Positions 19,990 through 29,478 of a DNA stretch of 64,000 nucleotides are shown here, piece by piece. The translations under genes and the position numbers were made by a program. The DNA is taken from the IMG/VR virus record IMGVR_UViG_3300014204_000136; one strand, given 5' to 3'. Under the pieces are notes generated by a model. The model had not been told where the DNA came from. It saw only the letters and a list, made by a program, of their open reading frames with translations, and ran no database searches. Origin of the DNA: an uncultured virus (IMG/VR IMGVR_UViG_3300014204_000136) (lineage: Duplodnaviria > Heunggongvirae > Uroviricota > Caudoviricetes). Every line of letters begins with the position of its first letter. Within the stretch, counting starts at the first letter, position 1.

Positions 19990-20325
19990 ATGATAAAAGT
20001 GTCAAATACACCTAATCACAAAATGCTTGTTATATCTGCAATCGTTATTGCATTACTATCATTAATGATAATGATAACAGGCTGTTCTAAAACATCATAT
20101 GCTGGACCAATGCAAGATGATTCTGCACCACCAGCACCAATGATGATTCAACCAATAGATACTAACAGAATAATTAGACATCTACATGAATCAGTTATAT
20201 ATGTATATCCATGTGACAATGGTAAACGTATTATAGCTGAATATTATAGAGAACGTCCATGGAATAAATGGAAACTATCTGTATATAAACGCAATTGCAA
20301 ACGTAAACCTCTTAATAAAAATTGA
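19990..20325 (+). CDS. putative lipoprotein
   Basis: hydrophobic leader ending in the lipobox-like ITGC. Confidence 0.55.
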   Translation: MIKVSNTPNHKMLVISAIVIALLSLMIMITGCSKTSYAGPMQDDSAPPAPMMIQPIDTNRIIRHLHESVIYVYPCDNGKRIIAEYYRERPWNKWKLSVYKRNCKRKPLNKN

Positions 20326-20326
20326 G

Positions 20327-20809
20327 ATGGAACGTGAACAATTTACAAATATAAGATTCAATAAAAACCAAGAAGAAATAGGTACATGCACAATATGTAA
20401 TAAAGATCCAATACTATTATCAAGTAGCCATAATTGTCTTTATCCAAAAAAGATGCAAATCGGTGAAGTAGCAATTATGAAAAATGCACCTGAAGAAGTA
20501 TTATTGGCTGCGAAATACATACGTCAGTATTCTAAAGCTTCAAGCAGAAAAATACCATTTACCTTATCATTTAGGAAATTTAAACAGTTAATGAAAATTA
20601 AATATTGTCAGTATACTGGTGTATTATTGGATAGAACAGATAAAACCTCTCCAAATTATCCATCTCTTGAACGAATAAATTCTGATGAAGGATATACAGA
20701 TAGTAATACTATTGTTTGTGCAGAATTTATTAATAAAGGTAAAAACAATCTGTCTCCAAAAGAGATAGAATCAATTTATTTGAGTCTTAAGAAAAAAGGA
20801 GTTATCTAA
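20327..20809 (+). CDS. HNH-like (His-Me finger) phage protein
   Basis: CQYTG...PSLERINSDEGYTDSNTIVC...NKGKN family motif. Confidence 0.55.
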   Translation: MEREQFTNIRFNKNQEEIGTCTICNKDPILLSSSHNCLYPKKMQIGEVAIMKNAPEEVLLAAKYIRQYSKASSRKIPFTLSFRKFKQLMKIKYCQYTGVLLDRTDKTSPNYPSLERINSDEGYTDSNTIVCAEFINKGKNNLSPKEIESIYLSLKKKGVI

Positions 20810-20912
20810 AATATACCAATAACCCACAGTGGTACAGTGGTCAGAAACAGAACTGATATCAAGTGAAGATCGGTTTGTGATGCTTCAAAGCATATGAGGT
20901 ATATAACAATAT

Positions 20913-21236
20913 GGGGATGACATGGATTTGACTGGTAAAATGAAGTACTTATTGCAACACGTATAGTATTATTACGTTAAAGAATGCACAAAATAAAAGG
21001 CGATAACAAAATTATCTCCATTGATCACAACCAGTACCTGCTAAGGCAGGCTAGTTAATCAATCTGGCTACGGAGCCATGGAACATAACACCGCACAGTT
21101 TATTGGTGTCGTAAACCAATTGGTGGAGCGGCTGACGAATTAAGACAGTCCCGGTTGTCTGTTAGAAAACAGTCTATTGTTGTAGGTATAAGTAAATAAG
21201 TTACACAGGACTCGGGTTCGATACCCGACATCTCCA
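20913..21236 (+). ncRNA. ssrA: tmRNA
   Basis: 5' GGGGATGACATGGATTTGAC; 3' GACTCGGGTTCGATACCCGACATCTCCA with G3:U alanine identity pair; tag ORF 20999-21058 GDNKIISIDHNQYLLRQAS*. Confidence 0.92.
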
Positions 21237-21260
21237 CATTTTTAATTAATAATCAAAACA

Positions 21261-21581
21261 ATGGCAACAAAATTCAAAAACAAAAAAGCAGCAATGGCTT
21301 TTGCAATGAAATTGCAAACCATTCCAACTAATACTCCTCTTGTAGTATTAAAAGCAAAAGGAGTACAGGATAGTTATAATGCAATATGTGATAATAATTT
21401 CTGCGATACTTGTATTGTAAATAATCCTACATTACATCCACATTGTATATTTGGACTTAATAGTGAGAACATGGAACTACGTCGTAGTAATCATACACAG
21501 AAAAGTCTTATAAAGGCTTGTAGAGCATTTGCTAAAGTACTAAGAGAAAGGATAAGATACAATGAAACTCATCTTGATTAA
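21261..21581 (+). CDS. hypothetical protein
   Basis: 106 aa, Cys cluster CDNNFCDTC...C. Confidence 0.55.
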   Translation: MATKFKNKKAAMAFAMKLQTIPTNTPLVVLKAKGVQDSYNAICDNNFCDTCIVNNPTLHPHCIFGLNSENMELRRSNHTQKSLIKACRAFAKVLRERIRYNETHLD

Positions 21582-21999
21582 TCCAGGTGGTAGTAAACTA
21601 TTTATAGTTAAACTTACCAAAGATATAACTGGTTTGAGTTTAAAAGAAGCAAAAACTCTTATCGATTGCGCACCTTCTGTAATAAAAGAAAGTGAAGATC
21701 TGAAAGAATTAAGATCTTTAAAGAAACAATTTGAAGGAGTTGGTGCAAGAATGGAAATAGTAATGAATAGTACTAAAGTTCCATCTTTCAAACAACGTGC
21801 TATCATTCAAGCTTTTGAAGAAGAATTGGCTCATCTCAGTGTATGCCCCGATATTAATGCAAAACAGCATGTAGGCGAATTGAATCCAGTATCTAACATA
21901 CTTGGACCAAATTCACATGATCCTATTCTTAATGAAGAGGAATCAGGTAAAATGGAAGATATATTATGTCAAATATATACTTTCTTAAGAGATCTTTAA
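21562..21999 (+). CDS. ribosomal protein bL12 (L7/L12) C-terminal-domain protein with C-terminal extension
   Basis: KLFIVKLTKDITGLSLKEAKTLIDCAPSVIKE...LKKQFEGVGARMEI matches the L7/L12 CTD (TGLGLKEAK). Confidence 0.8.
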   Translation: MKLILINPGGSKLFIVKLTKDITGLSLKEAKTLIDCAPSVIKESEDLKELRSLKKQFEGVGARMEIVMNSTKVPSFKQRAIIQAFEEELAHLSVCPDINAKQHVGELNPVSNILGPNSHDPILNEEESGKMEDILCQIYTFLRDL

Positions 22000-22028
22000 A
22001 GGATAACACATTTTAATCAAATACAGAA

Positions 22029-22235
22029 ATGACAAAAATTGAAGTTGGTAAAAAAGTAAACTGCACATTGACTGCAGAACAAAGGAACAAACTCGGTATC
22101 CAGAACGAAATCCAGAATCCTTGTACAGTAGCAGGTCATTACACAAATGGTGTAGCTGGTTATTATCTTACTGATGCAAATGGTAAAGGATTTGCTGTTG
22201 CTGATCGCTACGACGCATTAAAGGAAATAAGTTAA
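22029..22235 (+). CDS. hypothetical protein
   Basis: 68 aa, followed by a terminator. Confidence 0.55.
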   Translation: MTKIEVGKKVNCTLTAEQRNKLGIQNEIQNPCTVAGHYTNGVAGYYLTDANGKGFAVADRYDALKEIS

Positions 22236-22267
22236 TTCAAGTTAGCGATATTTCGGGAATTAACTAA

Positions 22268-22303
22268 AAGGGGAGTTGTCTACAATCCGACTCCCCTTAT
22301 TTT
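22268..22303 (+). terminator. intrinsic terminator
   Basis: AAGGGGAGTTG...CGACTCCCCTT then ATTTT. Confidence 0.65.
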
Positions 22304-22323
22304 ACTAACTATAATCCTAAATA

Positions 22324-22896
22324 ATGGAAGATATAGAATGCATAAAACAAACATTGAATGGTGATATTAATGCATTCAGAGGTTTAGTTGTTAAATACAA
22401 AGATGCCTTATATCTACACATTCTACGAAAAGTTCATAATAACATAACAGACACTGAAGATATTCTTAATGAAGTGTTCATAAAGGCCTATAGTAAATTA
22501 GATAGTTACAAAGAATCAACTGGTGGTATATATCCATGGTTATTAACCATAGCAAATAATCATATTATTGATTTTGCACGTAAAAAGAATAGAATACCAA
22601 AAGGTGATGATATTAACTACTTTAATGATATTGATCCTGCAACTAAAATTGCATCAGAAGATATGACTGTAGAAGAATTTATGATCAAATCTGAAGATAA
22701 TAAACTCGTGAGAGAAGTTATTGAGGAATTACCTTTATTTCAAGCCAATCTTATTAATATGTACTATTATAGAGATATGTCATATGAAGATATGGCTAAA
22801 GAATTAGGTAAACCAATTGGTACAATCAAAACTGGTCTACATAGAGCTAAACTTAAGTTGTCTAAATTGTTAGAAAACAACAAAAACATAAAATAA
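22324..22896 (+). CDS. ECF-family RNA polymerase sigma factor (SigW/RpoE-like)
   Basis: region 2 GDINAF...EDILNEVFIKAY...WLLTIANNHIIDFARK; region 4 MSYEDMAKELGKPIGTIKTGLHRAK. Confidence 0.9.
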   Translation: MEDIECIKQTLNGDINAFRGLVVKYKDALYLHILRKVHNNITDTEDILNEVFIKAYSKLDSYKESTGGIYPWLLTIANNHIIDFARKKNRIPKGDDINYFNDIDPATKIASEDMTVEEFMIKSEDNKLVREVIEELPLFQANLINMYYYRDMSYEDMAKELGKPIGTIKTGLHRAKLKLSKLLENNKNIK

Positions 22897-22897
22897 A

Positions 22898-23254
22898 ATG
22901 GAACTATCAAAAGGATTTAGCATTGATCCATCGTGTATATGGTATGATAATCATATTCATATTAAAGTAACCAAACTTGAAGAAAGCCCAACTGCTGAAG
23001 TTACAGACAATATTAAGATTGGTGAAGAAAGAAAAGGTTGCTGTACTATTGATTCATTACCATCAAAAGATAAAGCCTTTATGATGAGTGTATATGAAAG
23101 AAATGGTAGATCTCAAGAAGTAGGATCTTGGTTTCATACATCAGATGTACAGGATATAGTTGATTATCAAGTTGAGGCAGGTATTCTTAAGAGTATAAAA
23201 TTCTTAACAATCAATTCTATATATCTATTAGAAATATTGAAAGTTGAGAATTAA
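22898..23254 (+). CDS. hypothetical protein
   Basis: 118 aa; [10 protein letters not shown]...TINSIY resembles a phage family motif. Confidence 0.55.
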   Translation: MELSKGFSIDPSCIWYDNHIHIKVTKLEESPTAEVTDNIKIGEERKGCCTIDSLPSKDKAFMMSVYERNGRSQEVGSWFHTSDVQDIVDYQVEAGILKSIKFLTINSIYLLEILKVEN

Positions 23255-23267
23255 AAAAAGGAACAAT

Positions 23268-23350
23268 GCCCAGATGGTGGAATGGTAGACACGAAGGACT
23301 TAAAATCCTTTGTCTTAACAGATGTGCAGGTTCAAGTCCTGTTCTGGGTA
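23268..23350 (+). tRNA. tRNA-Leu(UAA)
   Basis: full cloverleaf, AAGGA-CTTAAAA-TCCTT, long variable arm, GCAGG-TTCAAGT-CCTGT. Confidence 0.92.
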
Positions 23351-23386
23351 CTAATCAAAAACTAATATAAAAAAAAAGAAAATAAT

Positions 23387-24172
23387 ATGTGTTGGTCAGA
23401 AACAGGTATGTCAGAAGGAGGTACTCCTATATATACAAGAACTCTATGGAATGGTGAATATGGAAGAAATAGAAGTCATTCTAGTATTAAAGAGTGTTCA
23501 TCGTCTTCAGAATTAGAGGAAAAACAAAGAAAGTCAAAAATAAAAAATAATTTAATAGTTTCTTTGAAAAGTAAAGAAAATATATCTTATTATTTACCTT
23601 TTGGCAAGAATTGTTTACCTTATGCAACTTCATTTTGTACTGAACATTGTCTTTTAAAAGAATTTCCCTTTAAGTCTAAAATGCAAAAAAGGATTCAAGA
23701 GATAAGTTTACAAAAAATTGAAGTAGATGATTTAATTAATAATATGGAAAAAAGTAAAAGTACATATTTTACATTATTTGCTTCAGGATGTATTGAAAAT
23801 ACTAATATTTCAATTAAATCCCTTATTTATAAGTTTAATAAAAAGTTTCCATCAAAATATTTAAGAATTTTTTTGAGGAGTTTTCAAGAAATAGATAAAT
23901 CGACTGAAAAAATTAAACTTATAACCTCAATTGATCATACAACTCCAATTCAAGAAATTACCAAAATAATATCAGGTAACACTTCTATTGCTATTATAGA
24001 TCATCCTAAAAATAAAGATTTAATTCTTTATTTACTACTTAGTATACAATTTAATACTTCAAAGTTAAAAAAAAGTATAAATTGTTCAGAATGTCATGGA
24101 CATAATCTTTGTTTCAAAGAGCCTAATAATTTCCTTTTAATCCAAGAACTAAAACAAAATAAATCAAAATGA
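23387..24172 (+). CDS. gp88-like / degenerate radical-SAM-like Cys-rich protein
   Basis: CLPYATSFCTEHC cluster, FTLFASG, C-terminal CSEC...C; very AT-rich. Confidence 0.4.
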   Translation: MCWSETGMSEGGTPIYTRTLWNGEYGRNRSHSSIKECSSSSELEEKQRKSKIKNNLIVSLKSKENISYYLPFGKNCLPYATSFCTEHCLLKEFPFKSKMQKRIQEISLQKIEVDDLINNMEKSKSTYFTLFASGCIENTNISIKSLIYKFNKKFPSKYLRIFLRSFQEIDKSTEKIKLITSIDHTTPIQEITKIISGNTSIAIIDHPKNKDLILYLLLSIQFNTSKLKKSINCSECHGHNLCFKEPNNFLLIQELKQNKSK

Positions 24173-24335
24173 ATGAAGATCTAAAACAACAACTAACTAA
24201 TCTACTAAATTATGCTCATGTTAGAGGAGATACATATTCTATTCTAGCTGCAAAAGAATTTGAAAATTAGGTTAAAGAGGTAATAAAAAACCTCGATGAA
24301 GATTTTGATTTTACAAATGTAAAAAGGAAAGAATA

Positions 24336-24728
24336 ATGACAGATCAATTAATATCATTTCCAACAGCTAAATTAGCTAAAGAAAAAGGATTTCCACAAGG
24401 AAATAATAATGGTATATATCATACTGAACCAAAAAATCACAATACTGGAGATAGAGGACAATACATAAATCATGAACGATTTTTAATAATTACTCAATCT
24501 CTACTTCAAAGATGGCTAAGAGAATATAAGTTTCTCCATATTAGTATTACATATAAAGAAGTTAAGGGTAAAAAAATAGAAGGTATTAATTCCGTATACT
24601 TTGATATTGAAATATATCGGTTGACTGGCGGGGATGCTTGGAAAACGTATAAATTTGAGGGTTACTCTGATAATTATGAAAAATGCCTTGAAAAAGGATT
24701 ACAAGAAGCATTAAACTTAATACCATAA
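24336..24728 (+). CDS. conserved Bacteroidota-phage protein
   Basis: ISFPTAKLAKEKGF...TQSLLQRWLRE...YEKCLEKGLQEAL. Confidence 0.6.
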   Translation: MTDQLISFPTAKLAKEKGFPQGNNNGIYHTEPKNHNTGDRGQYINHERFLIITQSLLQRWLREYKFLHISITYKEVKGKKIEGINSVYFDIEIYRLTGGDAWKTYKFEGYSDNYEKCLEKGLQEALNLIP

Positions 24729-24732
24729 AATC

Positions 24733-24927
24733 ATGATAAAAGGACTAATATTAATAGTACTTGCATCAATGTCTCTATTTGGTGCTATATCTGAATATCC
24801 TAATTGGGATACAATGTTTGGACCATTACCGTCTCAAAAACCTATTATTAAAGTATGGGTACTACGTTTAATATGTGTTTTATTATTCACAGTACTGTTT
24901 ACTATAATAAATAGTATGATCAAATAA
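24733..24927 (+). CDS. small membrane protein
   Basis: two hydrophobic segments. Confidence 0.5.
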   Translation: MIKGLILIVLASMSLFGAISEYPNWDTMFGPLPSQKPIIKVWVLRLICVLLFTVLFTIINSMIK

Positions 24928-24937
24928 ACTAACTATC

Positions 24938-25267
24938 ATGACAGATAAAGAATTTTGTGATCTCTATAACTCTTATACTGGAGAAGGAAGTATGATGAGT
25001 GGTATTGATAGTTTAACACAACTAAAACAACATACCTTTAATGGTGAAGAATTAAAAGAATTCATTGAACATTGTATTTCTCAGTATCAACATACACAAT
25101 ACAATCCCTGTTCTAATTGTAAAGATGATCCATGTCCTGGTAGAAACAATTGTAAGAAGATACCATGGAATATCTACCATAAAGAAGAAGAACTACTTAA
25201 ACTTGATGAAGCAAAACCTATGACAACACAGTGTGAGGAAGATGTTGATCCCTCAGATGATGAATAA
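24938..25267 (+). CDS. hypothetical protein
   Basis: 109 aa, CSNC...C...C. Confidence 0.5.
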   Translation: MTDKEFCDLYNSYTGEGSMMSGIDSLTQLKQHTFNGEELKEFIEHCISQYQHTQYNPCSNCKDDPCPGRNNCKKIPWNIYHKEEELLKLDEAKPMTTQCEEDVDPSDDE

Positions 25268-25422
25268 AAATATTAAAAGGAAAAAAGAAATACTACTACA
25301 AAACACGATAAGCTCAGCCTGTTAAGTTATATCTCACGTGACATTGAAAAAGGGTTAACACTAGATGTTTCACCGCAGTCAGATATAGAATCAGTAACCC
25401 TGCGTAGTAGTATTTCCCATAT

Positions 25423-25496
25423 TGACATGTATATCAGTTGGTTAGATAGCCTTCCTGATAAGGAGGAGGTCGTAGGTTCAAGTCCTACCATGTCAA
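25423..25496 (+). tRNA. tRNA-Ile(GAU)
   Basis: TGACATG/CATGTCA acceptor, CCTTC-CTGATAA-GGAGG, GTAGG-TTCAAGT-CCTAC. Confidence 0.9.
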
Positions 25497-25610
25497 CAAA
25501 TCACTAATCCCTTAAGTGTAATACAATGAAAAATTTGGCAAAAGTTGTGGAGAAACTTGAAGAAGAAACTCCATTAAGAATCAAAAACAAAAATCGTAAA
25601 AACGAACCAA

Positions 25611-26201
25611 ATGGAACTGAAATCGTGGCTAAAGGACACTCTCATAAGCGTTCTAAAGCGTTTAAACGAAAAAAGCACACCGATCGGATCAGGCCGACTT
25701 AAAAAAGTCCCAATCTCTAAAGTGACATATGGTGTAAACCAAAATGGTAGCATCAATGTATGTCATATAGGAAGAACTGTTTTAACTGATGATGGTGTAG
25801 GAGTGCTTGACTCAAAATCAGGAGGTGGTAGGTATTCAAGCGACCAAACAGGCAAATATGTCTATGTTAGGTTAAATGGTTGTAAGACAACTACTCAGTA
25901 CAACAAAAATGTAGTGTATATTCTAGAAGTAGAAGACAACACAACATTTGCTAGCGTACCTCTATCCCCCATACATTATAACTTTGCTGTACCTTTTATA
26001 AATAAGGAGATAAAGTATCATTTGTCAAAAAACAATAATGCTATGCTTCTAAAGAAAGATACAAATAAGTTAGAAGGAATAGGTATTATCAGTAGTTCTA
26101 AAAACGGTAATGCCATTATCCAACGCCTTGATAAGGCTGGATATCTTGTATTTTTATTTCAACCAAAATCAAAAGTTAAAACAATCAAAAATGGAAAATA
26201 A
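25611..26201 (+). CDS. hypothetical protein
   Basis: 196 aa ORF. Confidence 0.55.
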   Translation: MELKSWLKDTLISVLKRLNEKSTPIGSGRLKKVPISKVTYGVNQNGSINVCHIGRTVLTDDGVGVLDSKSGGGRYSSDQTGKYVYVRLNGCKTTTQYNKNVVYILEVEDNTTFASVPLSPIHYNFAVPFINKEIKYHLSKNNNAMLLKKDTNKLEGIGIISSSKNGNAIIQRLDKAGYLVFLFQPKSKVKTIKNGK

Positions 26202-28362
26202 TACAGCACGAAACTTAGCAGACTTAGTAGTAGTTAAAAATTTGGATGAGAACTCATTCAATGCTATCAAATATGCATTACTTGTATCTCCTGAAGAGAT
26301 TACAAATGAAATGTCATGGTGGCAAGAACAGTTAAAGGGAGCAAACAACGAATACAAAGCTGAATGCGAACTTATGCTTAAAAAACTACGAGCTATCAGA
26401 ATTAATAACATCAACTTAACTTGCCGTGTATACGACTTGGATGTTGATGCTACAGCTGATAAGTCTACTGCAAAACCTGCAGAAGATAAGAAGGATAATA
26501 AAAAGTCCGATGTTAAACCTGCAACAGGTAAGGTTGAAAACAACCAGTCTGCTCAAAATGTAAATACCATAGAAGGTACACCAGTTTGGATCACCGATCT
26601 TTATACTCCTAACAAAAAGACTGTTGAAGAGTTGAAGGTTGAATTGAAGAAGAGGACAAAAGATGAAGCTATTGCTGCTGCAACCATTATTTTAGGTAAA
26701 GCCAGATATGCAAAAAGTCCTGGGCAAAAGGTAAAACCTTGGAATCCGGAACGCATAGCTAAATTCGTTGATGGTATCTTCGAATTAGATGCACCTGCCA
26801 ATAAGGATACCAAAGAAACAGAAAAACCAAAAGAGTCTGAAAACAAAAAACAGACTATTGAGGAAACTTATGCTACAGACAAGGATAATATTACAATACT
26901 TGGTGTAACAAAGAAAATCTGTGAAATGATTACAGCCGGAAAAGATCCAAAAGAAATAAGTGAATTTGCTACCTATATTCTTGGCGGTGGTTTCTATACC
27001 GATAAACAGAAAGAAGATGATTTCTCAACAGCAGACAAGATTGCTGAGTTCATTGCTCAGTCAGCTAAAGATCTTGAAGATAATTCTGCATCTACAGCTA
27101 AAGAAAAAGACATAGAAAAGAAATTTGATATATCTTTTGCTGATGCTGTAAGATTAATGGAATCCCTTGTTAATCAAGGAAAATCTTCAGATGAGGTTAA
27201 GAAACATTTCGAATCATTAAATAAAGTTATTGAATCATTTAGTGATGCAGTAGCAAAAGATGGTTTCGAAAGCGCTTGGAATACTTGCTTTAAACTAACT
27301 ACTGAAAACAGAGTAGAAAGTTATAATAAGGCAAAGGAAAATTCTAATAAACCTGAAGCTAAACAGGAGGTTATCAATGAAGTTGAAAAAGAACTCAAAG
27401 ATAAGAAAGAGGCTATTGAATCCGGAGAAGAAAGTCTTCGTGAAGCTCACCTCACATCATCTATCCTGAAAAAGTTAAGGGAAAAAGGATTTAGTCCAAC
27501 TGTACCTGAAGGCAAAGCCATTCTTCATGATCTTGCAGTTAAGATCGGATTAAACGTAAAATGGTTGAAACCCAAAAGCGAATCTCAGCTTCCTGCTACA
27601 GAAGTTAAAACTGAACCAAAAGCAGAACAAAAAGCTGAGCCAGCAAAAGAGGATAAAAAGGAAGAATCTAAAGAATCTCCTGTTATCGGCGATAACAGCA
27701 CTCTTGATACAAGTAAATACCCTGAAATAGCAACTGAACTTGGTGAGAAACAGACTATGTTGTCTGCATCAATAATCATTCGTAAGTATGAATCAGATGC
27801 TGATAAGAAATCAGTGGTATGTCAACTCGTAACCAAGATGTTCGCTGAGAAAAAGATTTTCCCAACTGATAAAGCTGATGCTAAACCTATGGATTGGGAT
27901 CAGAAGAGAATTGAAAGTTGGATAAACAGTGTACTTGCTAACAAGCAAGCTGTTGATAAAACTCAGAAGCCAAAAGAGCCTGAAGTAAAGAATGAGGACA
28001 ATAAAGAAGATAAGAAGGACGAAACTCCTACTGAACCTGCTGCAGAAACTAAAGTTGACCAACCTAAGCCTGCTGAAAAGAAAGTTAACTTTCTTGATAA
28101 ACATCCTATATTCAAAACTACAAAGACTGCTGATGAGTTCAAGACCGCTGTTACTAATACTCTCAACAAACTCTTAACAGAGGAAAAGCTCAACCAGGAA
28201 GATGCTCTCAAAGAGCTTATTGGCACTGTAAGAAAAGCTACTGACATGAAGAAAACTTATGCTCAGCAGCAGTACAAAAATAAGTCTAATGACATCATCA
28301 AAGCAGCAATTGTAAATATTGCTGAAAGTGCCGGAATAACTTTAGTACCAGTGACTGAATAA
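26191..28362 (+). CDS. large charged, low-complexity protein (likely start MENNTAR)
   Basis: K/E-rich linkers and repeated helical modules; A-rich leader before ATG 26191. Confidence 0.7.
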   Translation: MENNTARNLADLVVVKNLDENSFNAIKYALLVSPEEITNEMSWWQEQLKGANNEYKAECELMLKKLRAIRINNINLTCRVYDLDVDATADKSTAKPAEDKKDNKKSDVKPATGKVENNQSAQNVNTIEGTPVWITDLYTPNKKTVEELKVELKKRTKDEAIAAATIILGKARYAKSPGQKVKPWNPERIAKFVDGIFELDAPANKDTKETEKPKESENKKQTIEETYATDKDNITILGVTKKICEMITAGKDPKEISEFATYILGGGFYTDKQKEDDFSTADKIAEFIAQSAKDLEDNSASTAKEKDIEKKFDISFADAVRLMESLVNQGKSSDEVKKHFESLNKVIESFSDAVAKDGFESAWNTCFKLTTENRVESYNKAKENSNKPEAKQEVINEVEKELKDKKEAIESGEESLREAHLTSSILKKLREKGFSPTVPEGKAILHDLAVKIGLNVKWLKPKSESQLPATEVKTEPKAEQKAEPAKEDKKEESKESPVIGDNSTLDTSKYPEIATELGEKQTMLSASIIIRKYESDADKKSVVCQLVTKMFAEKKIFPTDKADAKPMDWDQKRIESWINSVLANKQAVDKTQKPKEPEVKNEDNKEDKKDETPTEPAAETKVDQPKPAEKKVNFLDKHPIFKTTKTADEFKTAVTNTLNKLLTEEKLNQEDALKELIGTVRKATDMKKTYAQQQYKNKSNDIIKAAIVNIAESAGITLVPVTE

Positions 28363-28555
28363 CATTCTTGAATAATATATGGAAGTGGCGTTTAAAAAAT
28401 CCAAACTCGAAACTAGACTAGTTAAATCCTTTTCTACGACAGTAGCGAGAGACATCTGGCCTAACTTATCTACATGGTAAGCATAGTCAATGTCTACAGA
28501 GGACTAATATTATAGAAATATGATAGACGTCACTTCCTTTTTAAATTATTAACCA

Positions 28556-29095
28556 ATGTGCGAAAGAGAGTTAGATATAGGAAAACCACAATCGTTTTGT
28601 GAATTACTAATTAAGGAAAATGAAGAAGCATTAACCTATAAATTACTAATTCCAAAAGTGAAAGAACTAAAATATCTATTGTCGAGATTACGAAGTATAC
28701 CACCATCAATATCATGGCTCAGCGAAATTGAAACTGAGTTAAAATTACGAAGTGACAACATCTATAATAATATATCTGGACTCATGAGTATCATTTTTGC
28801 GAATTCCGAATTTGCAGACAAACAATTTGATATAAAATGGAATGAATTCTCCAGTAATGATCTAAAATATGGATATGTTGAGATATCCGATGTCGATGGT
28901 AATGATTATCTATTATTCCTAATTAGTTTTGACAATGGAATACTATCAGTAAAAGAAGGAACTTTGTTAAAAGATGATGGAGAAGCAAGAGTTATTGCTG
29001 ATCTTATGACAGAAACAGTAGTTAAAGTCAATATCAAAAAGAATTCCCTCTTATACACATTATTGAACCCACCAAATAAACGAAAATCAAAATGA
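28556..29095 (+). CDS. hypothetical protein
   Basis: 179 aa; ATGA overlap with the next gene. Confidence 0.6.
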   Translation: MCERELDIGKPQSFCELLIKENEEALTYKLLIPKVKELKYLLSRLRSIPPSISWLSEIETELKLRSDNIYNNISGLMSIIFANSEFADKQFDIKWNEFSSNDLKYGYVEISDVDGNDYLLFLISFDNGILSVKEGTLLKDDGEARVIADLMTETVVKVNIKKNSLLYTLLNPPNKRKSK

Positions 29096-29478
29096 ACGGT
29101 GATAAATCACAAATAAACGATGTCAATATCGCCATGCTTTCTACGATGTTCAGAAAAGTAGCAGCAGATGGTACTGATAACATAGAAGAAGGAGTAGGTA
29201 CACTCTCAACTTCAAGTACGGTTCTACAAACCAGAGATGACTTAATACTCTTCTTAAAGGATCAAAAACACAGCAATTGTTTTTTCTATATCTATACTGG
29301 TAGTTTAGATGAGAGAAATTTAGTTCTTGTTATGAACACTGTTGCTGAAAGAAATGAACAAACCAGAGATTTTGCAATAGTAATTGCTAACAGCTGGGAT
29401 AAGTTTGATGTACGTCAAACAACTGTAAGTTCAAAAGTATTAACAATTGTAGCTACGTATGACCAAAGAGCAAAATAA
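29092..29478 (+). CDS. hypothetical protein
   Basis: 128 aa ORF. Confidence 0.6.
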   Translation: MNGDKSQINDVNIAMLSTMFRKVAADGTDNIEEGVGTLSTSSTVLQTRDDLILFLKDQKHSNCFFYIYTGSLDERNLVLVMNTVAERNEQTRDFAIVIANSWDKFDVRQTTVSSKVLTIVATYDQRAK

